NCBI RefSeq assembly: GCF_030684315.1
Contig: NC_081369.1
Location: 2,222,689-2,286,688, forward strand
Direction: 5' to 3'
Length of the DNA: 64,000 nucleotides
From: Stegostoma tigrinum
Taxonomy: Eukaryota
Part shown: positions 12,576 to 26,790 of the stretch, piece by piece
How positions within the stretch are numbered: the stretch's first letter is position 1
How the letters are laid out: every line of letters starts with the position of its first letter
Translations under genes and position numbers: made by a program
The notes under the pieces: model-generated
The model's input: the letters and a program-made list of their open reading frames with translations, nothing else
Database searches by the model: none
What the model was told of the DNA's origin: nothing

Positions 12576-14486
12576 ATAAGGCCATAAGACCATAAGACAT
12601 AGGCGTGGAAGTAAGGCCATTCGGCCCATCAAGTCCACTCCACCATTTAAATCATGGCTGATGGGCATTTCAACTCCATTTCCCTGCATTCTCCCCGTAG
12701 CCCTTGTGTGGGTGGAGGGAGACAGAGATGAGCTCTTTACTGAGGACTGACTGTTTGCCCTCAGTGAGGGGGAGGCCTAGGGGGATTGTGAAGACCTGGC
12801 AAGTGGACAGGCAGAGGAGTTGCTACCAACCAGGCTGGGAAGGAGAATTTTTTTGCTTATAAACTGATGTTTTCCCAGCCACTGTCAGTTTTGAGAATGG
12901 TCACTGGAACCAAAACTTTAACTCTGTTTTCTCCTTCACAGATGCTGCCAGACCTGCTGAGCTTTTCCAGCAACTTAGTTTTTGTTAACTAAGAGTGTTT
13001 TAGTTTGTATGGGTAGTCATTCACATTCACTTACCCGACCCACTGACTCACTTATTGACCTGAAGCACCTATCCATGTAACCTCTTGTCTCATGAAACTA
13101 ATCCATTGACACACTCTACACACTTATCAAGTTAGCAACTGCTCCAATTTTCCCATCCACACATTCTAGCTACTCTACCCACTTATCCACTTGCCCCCAA
13201 CTGCATTTAAAAGCCAGTCAACTTATGCATTCACCTAGCCATCAATCCTAGTTACCCTACAATCCCACACAATCCACTCATCCATTCAGTGACATCTGGA
13301 GGCTTTGTCATTTGGCAACCAGTGTCATAAAAAATAAAATGTGTCCAATATTCCACCAGTACTGATCCACTCTGACATAGCTTGTCAAGGAGACAGTGCT
13401 ACCTATTTCTTGGAAAGCCAAATTAGATGACTTGGAAAAATGCAACAGGGAATTGATTAGAGGGCATTTGCAAGCACAACAGAAATCCAAGGGCTCTTGT
13501 TGGTCCCCAAAAGATCAGTGGTATTAAAACAATAAATTATCTGCCCTCCAAATTGTCAGACTTTTGATGCATAATCTAAAGTTGCTTGTAGGGTCATTGA
13601 GAGAGACCTAACACGATGACATTTGTGGAATTGCCCTGGAAGATTTACTTTCTGAGTCATGATTGTAAAGTTTCTTGGTATTCTCATGAAGATCTCCAAG
13701 TCTGAACTGGAGTCAGACAATTCAGACAGTTACTTCCATGCATAGTTAATCAGGAAATGCAAGACAAAAGCCAAGTCTTAATTCATGTATAATAACAAGA
13801 TATGATTGTATAATTGCGCTCCATGGAAGAGTGCAACCCCAAAACAGACATGCTCATTCCTGGATGAACAGATATAAACCAACAACACCCTCATGATCTA
13901 ACGTGATACAGTCCATTCTACACTGATAATCATCAATGAGCTGATCATTCCTGACCCCCCTAAACTACTCCAACCCTCTAACTACCATAAGGTGTGATAG
14001 AATGATTGAACATGGTTCCTGCATACACAGTTCATTAGCTTTAAGTACAGGTTTGTTTCATGCAGCCTGAATGAAGGGAGTACTATTGATGAAATGCAAA
14101 GCTCAAAGTTGGTGAGTCAAGGAGCCCACTACAGCATTTGTTTAGGAAAGACCCTGGATGCTACTGTGGCTCCCAGGAAGCTTTGTGGCATTAGTAGGCC
14201 AGTACAATTGACAACACAATAGAAAGTCATAAATAGTGTTTTTATTCCCCAAATTAGAGCTCAGGGAGAACTTGGGAACAATTTTAAATTGTTTTAGCTG
14301 GTCATTGTTGTTGAAAATATAGTTTTGTGCCTGTGAGCATATGAACAAGTAACAGCAGTAAGTCACTGGGCCTTGGAGTCAGCTCCACCATTCAATCATG
14401 GCTGACCTGATTTCAGCTTCAACCCAACATTCATACATGATCCCTCAGAGGATGTGAGTTTGCTCGCTGAGATGGAAGGTTCGTTT

Positions 14487-14526
14487 TCAGACATTTCGTC
14501 ACCATTCTAGGTAACATCATCAGTGA
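14487..14526 (-). ncRNA. Minimal type I hammerhead ribozyme motif (second Penelope family)
   Basis: Minus strand tca-CTGATGA-t-gttacc[tagaat]ggtgac-GAAAT-GTC-tga: 3-bp stem I, 6-bp stem II, GUC cleavage triplet. Confidence 0.6.
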
Positions 14527-16244
14527 GCCTCCGGTAAAGTGCTGGTGTTATGTCCCACTTTCTATTTATATGTTAAGGTTTCCTTGGGTTGGTGATGTCA
14601 TTTCCTGCATTGGTGATGTCTTAGTAATCAAGAATCTACCTGCCTGTACATAAAAAATATTTAAAGGTTCTGCATCCACTGCCTTTTCATGAAGGGATTT
14701 CCAAATACTCACAAACCATTTCCAATCTAAATGAGCACCTCTTATTTATAAACTATATTCACCCTCAAGAGAAAATGTCCCTCTCAACATCATCCAAGTC
14801 AAGTCCTTCAGGATCCTGTTTGCTCCATTTCAGTCACCTCTGACTATTCTAAACTCCTGAGGGAAATAGCCTACTCTGTCTAGCCTTTCCTCATTAGGCA
14901 TTTCACTCATTCCAGGTGAAAGAGTACAGTAGAACATTTTTCAGAATCCACTGGATCATGAACTCAGGACAGAAAGTCGATTGACCACAAATGGGAGCAG
15001 TATTCGAAGCACTGCAAATTGTGAGAAGTGGTTCCAGTGGTAGATCATATAAGTGAAGAATTACAGTCCCATTTGAAGACCAATGACACATAATATCCCA
15101 TTATGTCCTAACATTTGGGAGAAATTGCTGAGTAATGCATAGGACATGGCTAGATGTTATTTGATAGTTGATGTGTTTCTTGGGGTGTTACGTCAGAAAA
15201 TTATGTTCTCAAATGTTAATTCCTGCTGTTAGCAATATTTCATACATATCCTGTAGATTGCATTACTGTTCCAACTTGTGCAGAAACCACTGTTTTTGTT
15301 CCAAAATCATGGAATGTTTATGCTTCATCATTGAAGTAAATACCTGGATCTCACATTTCTTTCTATTTTTAAATTAGGAGGTGCTGGTCCCTAATCAAGC
15401 ATTATCATAGTTTGATAGTCTGGCCTGATATCATGACAGAAATTGGTCAGCTCTCCCACAGTCATGCCATTCAAAATGGTGGAATAAGGGCAAATATATG
15501 AGCTTTCTAGGAATCTGAAATAAACTCAGAGAAAGATAAAGAAACTCTGGCAGCAATTGTGGAGACAGAAGCAGAACTAACCTTTCAAGTCTGACATGGC
15601 TTCTTCAGAACTGAAAAGAAAATGGGCTTTTATTATACTTCTTCACAGAAGCAGAGGTCCAATGTAAAATACAAAGAGGGTTTTAACATTAGAGAAGGAG
15701 AAAATGTGTAAAATAGGTATAAATTTAAGTATAAAAGACAGCAAGCAGATTCTTTTTTATAATAAGAGCAAAATAAACCAGACACAAATAATCTGTGTGA
15801 AAGGGTAAGAGGGAGAATGTAAGAAAAATGGATCATGGATCAGTCTCAGAATTTATTAGAGTCAATATTGAGAAGTCAAGGCTGTAAAGTGCCTAAATTT
15901 AAAAAAAATGGGATGCTGTTTATTGAGCTTCCTGTGCCAGTATAAAATGTTACAATGCAAGTCAAGTGGTTTACTGAAATAGCAAGCAACTGGGAGGTCT
16001 GGGAAAAGGAGCAAACACCAATTGCAGTAGACTAGATTGAAAGGAAGATAAGTAAAATGCTACTTCATCTGCATTTGATGCCTTGGAGACGAGGGGCAAT
16101 GGAAGTCAATGCGAAAGTGCAACACCTTCTGTGATTGCTTAGGAGGGTGCCATAGGTGAGTGAGGAAGCATTAGGAATTTAAAGGAATGGACGAGGGTAC
16201 TATCAATGGAACAGCCCCTTTGGATTGCTGACATTACTCTGGGG

Positions 16245-16520
16245 TGAAAGCAGGCTGTTCAGCCCATCAACTCCACACTAACACCCCCACCCTGCCTCCA
16301 CAAAGAGCATTCCACCCAGGCCTACCCCCTTACCCTATCCCTGTAACGCTAAATTTCCCATAGCTAACCCACCTCGCCTGCATATCTTTGGACTGTGGGA
16401 GGAAACCAGAGCGCCCAAGAAGAATGTGTAAACTCCAAACAGACAGTCACCAGAGGCTGGAATCAAACCAGGTCCTTTGATGCTTTGAGGCAGCAGCGCT
16501 AACAACTGAGCCATAGTGCC
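16245..16520 (-). mobile_element. HE1-like SINE
   Basis: Same head and body as other copies, more decayed. Confidence 0.75.
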
Positions 16521-17239
16521 TCCTGCTCACTGAAAAATCTGCACTTGCAAGTCAATTCTAAAGCAATTCATCATTTCAGAAAAAAACCCTGATTTACTCC
16601 TTTTTAGACTCAAAACAGATGGTCACATTCTCCTGTTTTGAAATCCATTTTGCATTGCATCTGGTGATGCAGATCAAATTTTGAATGCAAATTTATGCAA
16701 AAGTAAAATGAGGAACTCAAACTGCTGGGGAAAGATTACAGAGCTGAAATGCAAACTTGGTTCCCCTCATTGTTATATGCTGTCATAACCTGCTCAATAT
16801 TTCTAGCACTGTGTGCTTTTTGACTTCAGATTTGAAGTATCAACATGATTGTACAATTTAACCAAAACCTGCTGTCTGATTTGGCAACAAAAAACAGCCA
16901 GCAGGTTTGTGTTGAAATGTATAATACTGTAGATGTTTTAAATTTGAAGTTAAAAAGCACACAAAGGAGAGGAGATGAAGGTGTGCTTCGTAGTGGCATA
17001 CTGCTAGAGATAGTGAAAATGTTGGAGGATGATTTTTTAAAGCAGAGACGAGTGGGCTGGAAAATGTGGAGAATCCCTTCACTGTTCTGGAAAGGAAGGA
17101 CGAGAAGACAGCAGTGTAAGAGGTGGTTCTGACACAGGTAGCGGGCATGTCAATTACAGTGGATTGGGTGAATCCACTGTTGATGGAAAAGGAGACCAAA
17201 TGGGAAGCAGTCCAGTGGAAGGTAACATCATCAGAACAA

Positions 17240-17592
17240 ATTTCTTTATTCATTAACGGGATAGGGACATCGCTGACTGGGCAGCATTTATTGCCTATCC
17301 CTAATTGCCCTGAGGGCAGTTCAGAGTCAATCACATTGCTGTAGGTCTGGAGTCACATGTAGGCCAGGCCAGGTAAGGATGGAAATTCCCTCCCCTAAAG
17401 TACATTAGTGAACTAAATGGGTTTTTCCAACAGTAGATAATGAATTCATTGTCATCAGTAGATTCATAATTCCAGATTTTTTAAATTCAAATTTCACCGT
17501 CTGCTTGGCAGGATTCAAATCCAGGTCCCTAGAATGTTATCTGGATCTCCAGATTAACAATCCAGCGATAATACCACGAGGCCATTGTCTCC
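17240..17592 (-). mobile_element. tRNA-derived SINE of a different family (DeuSINE/SacSINE1-like)
   Basis: Minus strand: tRNA-like head ggagacaatggcctcgtggtattatcgctgg...ggatttgaatcc and LINE-type tail gggcaattagggataggcaataaatgc. Confidence 0.6.
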
Positions 17593-19871
17593 AAACAGAG
17601 ATCCAACAGCGATGAAGAAACTGAGGGAATCAATTGGAAACAGGATGTGAGAAGGTGAAGTCGAGGTAACTATGGGATTTGGCAGACTTGTAAAAATGGT
17701 AGTTTGATCTGAGTTCATGGCATTTCCATGAGCATAAGCCCAACATATCCATACCATCCTCATAAGGCAAAAGGTGCATCTCATGATTCAAGCAAGCAAA
17801 ATTTCTCTGAATTACGGTTACCCATGTAACTTTATTCTTTCTCAAAAGTAAATGGAAAAATCGTACATGTTAGCCTAGAACTGGTCATTCTGATGTCTTA
17901 AACAGTTTTAATAACTTTTCCAGACATTTCTATTCACTCCTAAATGAATGCTAATGTGCCAACTGAGTTTTAATTACTCACTGTATCTGTCATATCAAAA
18001 TTTTGCAATTCAACATATGAGTAGAAGGAAAAAGGCCCCTCTACATTTCAGCACTCTGCAGCATCTCCCCATGTAACTAATCCACTTTTCTATTGTCCTC
18101 ACTAATGTGGTCAACTCCACATTTTGTCAGATTATGCTCCTGCCATTTTTTGGCCCATTCAATTATATGTCTGACACTTTGTTAGATCTTTGCATCCTAC
18201 TCAAAAATTATTTTTATGCAACAAAAAGTTCTGATAAAATTAAACTCATCATTCACTCAGTACCAATTACTCTAAATAGCTGAAACCCCAGGATCAAACC
18301 TTTCAGCATCTCCCTGGTTCCTTTGTCCAGCCAGAAAGTATTCTCATTGGCTATGACACTGTTTCCTGTTTGTCAATCCCTTACGTATGTTATGAGGTAC
18401 TTTGTTAGGTTTTTTTTATTGCGACACGTTATATTAAGGTCTCAGAAATCCAGGATCGCTACATGGACTAACAGCAGATGCTGCTTGGCCTGCTGTGTCC
18501 ATCCAGCTCCACACTTTGTTAACTCGGATTCTCCAACATCTGCTGCTCCCATTATCTCGGATCACTACATGGACTGTCTCGTCTTTATCCGCATTGTTTC
18601 TTTTTCCACATTTAAGCAAAAATATAGGTCTACTTCTCGCTATTTCTATTTCACGCCACAATTCCTGCTATGTTTCATGGAATCATAATACTGTGACAGG
18701 TCAGGAAAGGAAACAGTCTTTCCAGCACATTAGCTCGAGTAGGCGGCAATTCATCTTCTATGGCTGCCCTGCCCTCATCCACACTCATGCACATTCCTCA
18801 CTTTTACATTATTATGCAATGGTTTTCTAAACGTCCTGCCGCTACTTCTTTTAAAGTGGACTGTAGCCTCGGAGTTAAGAACGTATAGCTTCCCCATTTT
18901 TGTCTCCCTCCTTCAAATAATCTGTTGTGAATCCAATGTATTGGATTCATTCCAGTATGTAGTATATTTTGAAAGATTGAAACCAATGTCTCCTCTATTT
19001 CTGTAATAATTTCCTTTATGATCCTTAGATGTGGATCATCAGGTGTAAGGGACTTGTCACCCTCATTCTCGTTAGGGTATGCAATGCTGTTTCTCATTCA
19101 GTAATAGTGATTGTCTTAAATTTCCTCTTAATTTTGAATTTTTTTTATTATTCGTTGATTTTTTTAAACACCGTTGACCATAATTATAGTTGTGGAATAT
19201 TATTTTAAAGTTTTCTGTCATTTCCTTGTTTTTCGTTTCATTTTTATTTGTGCAGTTTCATCAGCTGAGCAACTTTAGCTGCTACCTTCATTTTGTTTCA
19301 CACATGCCGGAGATCTCGCAGCCAATTTTTGTCTGAGGAGGATTCTATAAAATGATGGAGAGACAGGCCGCCTCCTTCACCTCATGGCATTTTGCTAATG
19401 AGCAGCCAACTGTTTTGATGCAGTGTTGTATAGTTCCTTTTATTTAATATAATTGGTCTCGTGACAGCTCAGTATGTTCGCTGTACTACCACACAGTTAT
19501 CCGTCACCTTGGACAAAGATGAATACTATTTAACTTGTAAATGTCATTAATTTCCAAAATATTATTAGTCCTGTGATGAAACTATGTGTGGCTTTATGAC
19601 AACGCCTTTAATTATTCAACTAGGTCACATTTTCGGTCGGAAATTAGGTTGATCAGTGCAAATGCAAAGCTTAGCCTCAGTGTATACATAATTAGTCAAA
19701 TATGCTGATCACATATGATGAGATGGACTGATCTTCTGACCATTGGTTATTTCTTTCTGTAGTTGGCAACCAGAACCTGAAATCACGTTGTGCAGTTGCT
19801 TCCGTGTGATATTTCCAAGCAAGCTATGCCGAGTCGTTCCTGACTAGAAATTGCTACTTTGATTGTTCAGA

Positions 19872-19929
19872 ATGGTTTCGGGCATTGTGTTATCTCCATG
19901 TGTGTATATTTTTGTCATTATTTCTGCGG
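19872..19929 (+). CDS. VJ-C1 receptor gene 1, exon 1 (signal peptide)
   Basis: ATG at 19872 encodes hydrophobic MVSGIVLSPCVYIFVIISA, followed by phase-1 donor G|GTATGT and a 101-nt intron to the V exon, as in Ig/TCR leader exons. Confidence 0.85.
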
Positions 19930-20030
19930 GTATGTATTTCTCATTCTATCCCACTCAAGATTTATCCTTTCTCATTTCAAACTTGCCCCTGCCATTTTTG
20001 CTATGCAATATATCATTTTGTTTCAAACAG

Positions 20031-20351
20031 CCATCACAGTTGGTACTATCAAAGTGTCTCAAACACCCGAAAGTGCATACGCTGTCGAAGGTGAAAACTT
20101 TACCTTTTATTGCGCATTCCCTCTTTTTCGCGATCAATCCACTGTGACTATCAACTGGTGGAAACTCGGCGAAACTAAGTTTCTGCAGTCGAGCTCAAAT
20201 GGCAGCAAACGATTTCTTCCTTTGAGGAAAGGTGAGGCCTCTCTTCAACTCTTGAATGTAAAGTTTGATGACTCTGGAGTCTATTACTGCAGTGTAAAAC
20301 ACCTGGATAGCCCCATTGTGAATGGAACTGGGTCAAAACTTATTGTCTATG
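20031..20351 (+). CDS. VJ-C1 receptor gene 1, exon 2: Ig V-set domain with germline-joined J-like strand (NKp30/VJC1-like)
   Basis: Acceptor tttcaaacag|, donor G|GTAAGT, 321 nt, phase 1-1. Translation has VSQTP, Cys (FTFYC), Trp (INWWK), SLQLLNV, DSGVYYC and J-like NGTGSKLIV. Confidence 0.95.
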
Positions 20352-20934
20352 GTAAGTTCAATGTACATTTCAAACTATTTCACTTACTATTAACAACTTA
20401 CAGTTATATGCATTTATTTTCAATAAGATGATCTATAAACCTTGGCTTTTGCTTTCCGGTCGAAAGATGATGCATTGCATTTCACTGCTTATGATGTGCA
20501 TTAACAAAAAGGACTCACGCGAGAAACATGTAACAGGATATGAGTCTGATATAATCACTTTTAAGTTAAACATGGTTGATACTGACCTAGAAACCAACTG
20601 AGAACTGAAACGCAATTCCTTCCATTTCCCAATTGATGAAGGAGTTGCTATAAACCCTGCCATTCTGCCAAATTGTAGACAGTGTTATCACAAACTGATA
20701 GAGCCCTTCTGATATATAACCCCAATTAAGAACGCGAAAGTACCATGAGAAGTGTTGCATTATGTGGCCATTCGATTTGTTTTCATCTTTTTACATTATT
20801 GCTCAAGACCTAACTTTGAAGGATAAGTGCTAAATTACAGAAATTGCCCTCTTCGTAAAAGGCATAATTCAACTAAGATTCAGAATTGAAGAAATATCTA
20901 ATTAAGTAAAAACATGAAACAAGCATATTGGTAT

Positions 20935-21485
20935 TATTTACTGTGTCCAATTTTGGGCCCCACACCTGAGGAAGGGTATACTGGCGCTGGAGCATGTCCA
21001 GTGGAGATTCACACAGATGATCACTGGAATGCCAGGTTTAACATACGATGAATGGCTGAGGATCCTGCGATTGGATTAATTAGAGTTTAGAAGGTTGAGG
21101 GGAGATCTAACAGAAACTTACAAAATAATGTATGGCTTAGAAAGGGTGGATGCTGGGAAGTTGTTTCCATTAGGCAGGAGACTAGGACCTGTTGGCACAG
21201 CCTTAGAATTAGAGAGGGTAAATTTAAAATGGAAATGGGAAGAATTTCTTCAGCCAGAGAGTGGTGGGCCTGTGGAATTCATTGCCACGGAGCGGAGTGG
21301 AGGCCAGGACATTAAATGTCTTCAAGGCAGAGATTGATAAATTCTTGATCTCACAAGGAATTAAGGGCTATGGGGAGAGTGCAGGGGAGTGGAGTTGAAA
21401 TGCCCATTGGCCATGATTAAACGCCAGAGTAGATTCTGTGGGCCAAATGGCCTTACTTCCACTCCTATGTCTTATGGTCTTATGT
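20935..21485 (+). mobile_element. CR1 LINE 3' fragment
   Basis: RGDLTETYKIM motif and tatgtcttatggtcttatg tail. Confidence 0.85.
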
Positions 21486-21554
21486 CCAGGAAAAATCGAA
21501 TATTATTTTCCATAACCTTTGGAAATGGTATTCCCAGTATCTTAAAGTAGAACA

Positions 21555-22788
21555 AAAGTCCTCCCCGGACTGACCTACCCTTCCCTACCTCCCCAGCTCT
21601 ACTGTCCTCTCCACCTATCTTCTCCTCTATCCATCTTCGGTCCGCCTCCCCCTCTCTCCCTATTTATTTCAGAACCCTCTCCCCATCCCCCTCTCTGATG
21701 AAGGGTCCAGGCCTGAAACATCAGCTTTTGTGCTCCTGAGATGCTGCTTGGCCTGCTGTGTTCATCCAGCTTCACACTTTGTTGCATTAATTTGTGCTTC
21801 ATTTTATCAATTCAGAATACCGATATGAGTCTTTACCACTTAGAGATAATGGGAATTGCAGATGCTGGAGAATCTGAGATAACAAAGTTGGATGAACACA
21901 GCAGGCCAAGCAGCATCTTAGGAGCACAAAAGCTGATGTTTCGGGCCTAGACCCTTCATCAAAAAAGGGGGAAGGGGAGAGGGTTCTGAAATAAAGAGGA
22001 AGAGGGTGGAGATGGAACGAAGATGGATAGAGGAGAAGATACGTGGAGAGGGAAGTATGGATGGGGAGGTAGGGAGGGGATAGATCGGCCCAGGGAAGAT
22101 GGACAGGTCAAGGTGGAGGGATGAAGTTAGTAGGTATGAAATGGAGGAGCGGCTTTGGATGGGAGGAGAAGATAGGTGTGAGGAAGAGCTGGTTAGGGAG
22201 GCAGGGATGAGCTGGGGTGGTTTTGGGACACTTTGGGGAGGGGAGATTTTGAAGCTTGTGAAATCCACATTGATACCATTACGCTGCAGGACTCCCAAGC
22301 GGAATATGAGTTGTTATTCCTGCAGCCTTCGGGTGGTATCGTCATGGCACTGCAGGAGGCCCAGGATGGACATGTCATCTAAGGAATGGGAGGGGGAGTT
22401 AAAATGGTTCACGACTGGGAGGTGCAGTTCTTTATTGCAAACTGACAATAAGTGTTCTGCAAAGTGGTCCCTAAGCCTCCGTTTGGTTTCCCAAATGTAG
22501 AGGAAGCCACCACGGGTCCAGTGGATGCAGTATACCACATTGGCAGATGTGCAGGTGAACATCTGCTTGGTATGGAAAGTTATCTTGGGGCCTGGGATGG
22601 GGGTGAGGGAGGAGGTGCAGGGGCAAGTGTAGCACTTCCTGTGGTTGCAGGGGAAAGTGCCAGGTGTGGTGGCGTTGGAGGGGTGTGTGGAGCGGACGAG
22701 GGAGTCACGGAGAGAGTGGTCTCTCCAGAAAGCAGATAAAGGTGGGGACAGGAAAATGTCTTTGGTGGTGGGGTTGGATTGTAGATGG
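21555..22788 (-). mobile_element. Penelope-like element 3' part (GIY-YIG) with inverted terminal repeats; continues at 25547-25730
   Basis: ORF 22314-22805: FTCTSANVVYCIHWTRGGFLYIWETKRRLRDHFAEHL. The sequence gattgtagatgg resumes as cagaagtgtccgagg after the CR1 insertion. Confidence 0.85.
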
Positions 22789-25546
22789 AAAAGAACAAAG
22801 AACAAAGAAAATTACAGCACAGGAACAGGCCCTGCAGCCCTCCAAGCCTGTGCTGATCAAGATCCTCTGTCTAACTTGTCATCTATTTTCTAACGGTCTG
22901 TGTTCATTTGCTCCCCCCCATCCATGTACTTGTCCAAATATATCTTAAAAGACGCTAACATGTCTGCATCCACCACCTCCGCTGGCAACGCGTTCCAGGC
23001 ACCCACCACCCTCTGTGTAAAGAACTTTCCATGCCTATCTCCCCTAAACTTTCCTCCTCTCACTTTGAACTCATGACCCCTAGTAATTGAGTCCTCCACT
23101 CCTGGAAAAAGCATTTTGCTATTCACCCTGTCTATACCCCTCATGATATTGTAGACCTCAATTAGGACTCCCCCCAATCCCCGTCTTTCTAAAGAAAATA
23201 ATCCTAATCTACTCAACCTCTCTTCATAGCTAGCACCCTCCATACCAGGCAACATCCTGGTGAACCTCCTCTGCACCCTCTCCAAAGCATCCACACTCTT
23301 TTTGTAATGTGGCAATCAGAACTGTATACAGTACTCCAAATGTGGCCGAACCCAAGTCCTATACAACTGCAACACGACCCGCCAACTCTTGTACTCAATA
23401 CCCCGTCCAATGAAGGAAAGCATGCCATATGTCTTCTTGACCACCCTATTGACCTGCATTCTCACCTTCAGGGAACAATGGACCTGAACACCCAGATCTC
23501 GCTGTTCATCCATTTTCCCTAGGTCTTTTCCATTTACTGTATAGTTCGCCCTTGAATTAGATCTTCCAAAATGCATCACCTTGCATTTGCCCGGATTGAA
23601 CTCCATCTGCCGTTAATCTGCCCAACTCTCCAGTCTATCTATATTCTGCTGTAATTTCCAACAGTCCCCTTGACTATCTGCTACTCCACCAATCTTAGTG
23701 TCATCTGCAAACTTGCTGATCAGACCACCCACACCTTCCTCCAAATCATTTACATATATCACAAACAACAGTGGTCCCAGCACAGATCTCTGTGGAATAC
23801 CACTGGTCACAGGTCTCCAATTTGAGAAACTCCCTTCTACTCGTACTCTCTGTCTCCTGTTGCCTAGCCAGTTTTTTTATCCATCTAGCTAACACACGCT
23901 GGACCCTATGTGGCTTTACTTTCTCCATCAGCCTGCCATGGGGAACCTTATCAAATGCCTTACTGAAGTCCATGTATATGACATCTACAGCCTTTCCCTC
24001 ATCAACCAACTTTGTCACATCTTCAAAGAATTCTATTAAGTTGATAAGACATGACCTTCTCTGCACAAAACCATTTTCTTCCAAATGGGAATAGATCCTA
24101 TCCCTCAGTATCTTCTCCAGTAGCTTCCCAACCACTGACATCAGGCTCGCCAGTCGATAATTACCTGGATTATCCTTACTGCCCTTCTTAAACAAGGGGA
24201 CAACATTAGCAAGTCTCCAGTCCTCCGGGACCTTACCCGTGTCTAAGGATGCTGCAAAGATATCTGTTAAAGCCCTCGCTATTTCGTCTCTCACTTCCCT
24301 CAGATCCCAGGGATAGATCCCATCTGGACCTGGGGACTTGTCCACCTGAGTGTCTTTTAGGATACCCAACACTTCCTCCATCCTTCTGTCAACTTGACCT
24401 AGAGTAAGCAAACATCTATCTCTAACCTCAACATTTGTCATGTCCCTCGTCTTGGTGACTACCGATGCAAAGTTAAGAATGTCACCCATTTTCTCCGACT
24501 CGACCCATAACTTTCCTTCATTGTCCTTAAGTGGGCCAATCCTTTCTCTAGTTACCCTCTTGCTCTTTATATATGAATAAAAGGCTTTGGGATTTTCCTT
24601 AACCATGTTTGCCAGCAATATCTCATGTCCTCTCTTTGCACTCTTAATCCCTCATTTCAGATTCGCTCTACATTCCCAATATTCTTGCAAAGCTTCGTTA
24701 ATCTTCAGTCACCTAGACCTCATGTATGTTTCCTTTTTCCTCTTGGCTAGTCTCACAATTTCACCTGTCACCCATGGTTCCTTAATCTTGCCATTTCTAT
24801 TCCTCATTTTCACAGGAACATGTCTCTCCTGCACCTAATCAACTTCTCCTTAAAAACCTCCCACATATCAAATGTGGATTTACCTTCAAACAGTTTCTCC
24901 CAATCTACATTCCTCAGATCCTGCCAAATCTTGGTATAGTCAGCCTTCTCGCAGTTTAGAACTCTTCCTTTAGGGCCACTCCTATCCTTGTCCACAACTA
25001 TTGTAAAACTTACGGAATTGTGGTCACTATTTCCAAAGTAGTCCCCTAGTGTAATATCAGCTACCTGGCTGGGTTCATTCCCCAACACCAGGTCCAGTAT
25101 GGCCCCTTCCCGAGTTGGACTACATACATACTGCTCTAGAAAAACCTCCTGGACACACCTTACAAATTCTGCTCCATCTTGACCCCTAACACTGAGTGAA
25201 TCCCAGTCAATGTTAGGAAAATTAAAATCTCCCATCACCACCACCCTGTTTCTCCTACACCTTTCCATTATCATTCACTGCTTGACTCCTCCATGGGGCC
25301 CTCCTTCAGTACGGCTGTGATATCATCTTTGACCAGTACTGCAACTCCTCCACCCCTTTTACATCCCTCTCTATCCTGCCTGAAGCATCGAAATCCTGGG
25401 ACAACTAGTTGCCAGTCATGCCCTTCCCTCAGCCAAGTCTCAGTAATAGCAATAACATCATACTTCCAGGTACCGATCCAAGCCCTAAGCTCATCTGCCT
25501 TATCTACTACACCTCTCGCATTAAAACAAATGCACCTCAGACCACC
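22789..25546 (-). mobile_element. CR1 LINE (endonuclease end + RT) nested in a Penelope element
   Basis: VVMGDFNFPNIDW, ILDLVL, SDHNSV, KSPGPDGIYP, YMDFSKAFDKVPH, SKFADDTK; 3' tail aagaacaaagaacaaag. Confidence 0.95.
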
Positions 25547-26024
25547 AGAAGTGTCCGAGGATGATGTATTGTATCAGGAGGTTGGTGGGGTGGTATGTGA
25601 GGATGAGGGGGATTCTCTTTTGGCAGTTAATGCGGGACGGTGTGTGAGGGATGAGTTGCGGGAAATGCGGCAGACACGGTTGAGGGCGTTCACCGCAACT
25701 TCCTCACCTACCCCCGCAGTGGTCGAGAATGCTGTGCAGATGATAATGATGGCAGCACCAGATGTTGGGAGTAGGAGAATAATTTACAATCACAGCACAC
25801 AGAAGTGAAATGAGGAATCAAGGATTTGGCCTTGCAATTCATATCTGCGGATCTTTCAACAGCTGTAATATAATCTGTGAGATACTTGACGTTTAAATTA
25901 GTGGGAGGATGTTCATTTTTTTTGTCGTACTTTGCCACAAATTTGCCTACCAATCTCCGCAAATACAGTCAGGAGTTAAGATTCTAGTGTAAGACTCTTA
26001 TTTGCTTTGTGGTTAGTTTTAGAA

Positions 26025-26790
26025 TCATAGAATCCCCACAGGGCATGCTATTCGCGCCGTCGAGTCCCCCCCACCCCCACTGCACCACACCCACCCCCCC
26101 AACCCCCGACCCATCTCCACCACAATCCTTAGGATTTGGCCATGGCTAGCACCACTCAACCTGCAAATCCTTAGATACTACTGGGCAATTTTTAAACATG
26201 ACCTATCCACCTAACCTTGGACTTTGGGAAGAACCCGGAGCTCTTACCGGAACCCCACATAGACATGGGGAGAACGTGCAAACTCCACACAGGCCATCAC
26301 CCAATGATGAAATTGAACCCGGACCCCTGGTGTTGTGGGGCAGTACTCAGCATTGCTTTACCATACAACTTCTCGTGTATAGAAAAAAAATAATATTGGG
26401 GTTCATCCTTCAGTATTTCAGTTTTAATTGTCAATTTTCTGAAAGTAATAAAACAATATAAATCGTGTTATTTCCATTTACTGCCTCCGTAATCGTTTCT
26501 TTTTGTTTAATCATATAATCCCTGCAGTGTGGAAACAGGCCCTTTGGCCCAACAAGTCCACACCGACCCTCAGAGCACCCATTCAAACCCACACCCCTAT
26601 AGCCCACCTAGCGTACAAATCCCTGGGCACTACGGGCAATTTAGTATGACCATCCACCTACCCTGCACATCTTTGGATGGTGGAGGGAAACCGGAGCACT
26701 CCAAGGAAACTCACGCAGACACGGGGAGGGTGTGCAAGCTCCACATAGACAGTTGCTCAAGGATGGAATTGAACCCAGGTCCCTGGCTGC
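26025..26790 (-). mobile_element. Two HE1-like SINE copies (~26025-26345 and ~26510-26790)
   Basis: Shared ccggagcac...acacggggagg...caaactccaca body; located in the V-C1 intron of gene 1. Confidence 0.8.

Noticed and set aside
20140-20146. RSS heptamer CACTGTG inside the V exon (another at 44677-44683)
   Set aside because: No nonamer at 12/23 spacing and the position is wrong for V-J joining; expected by chance.
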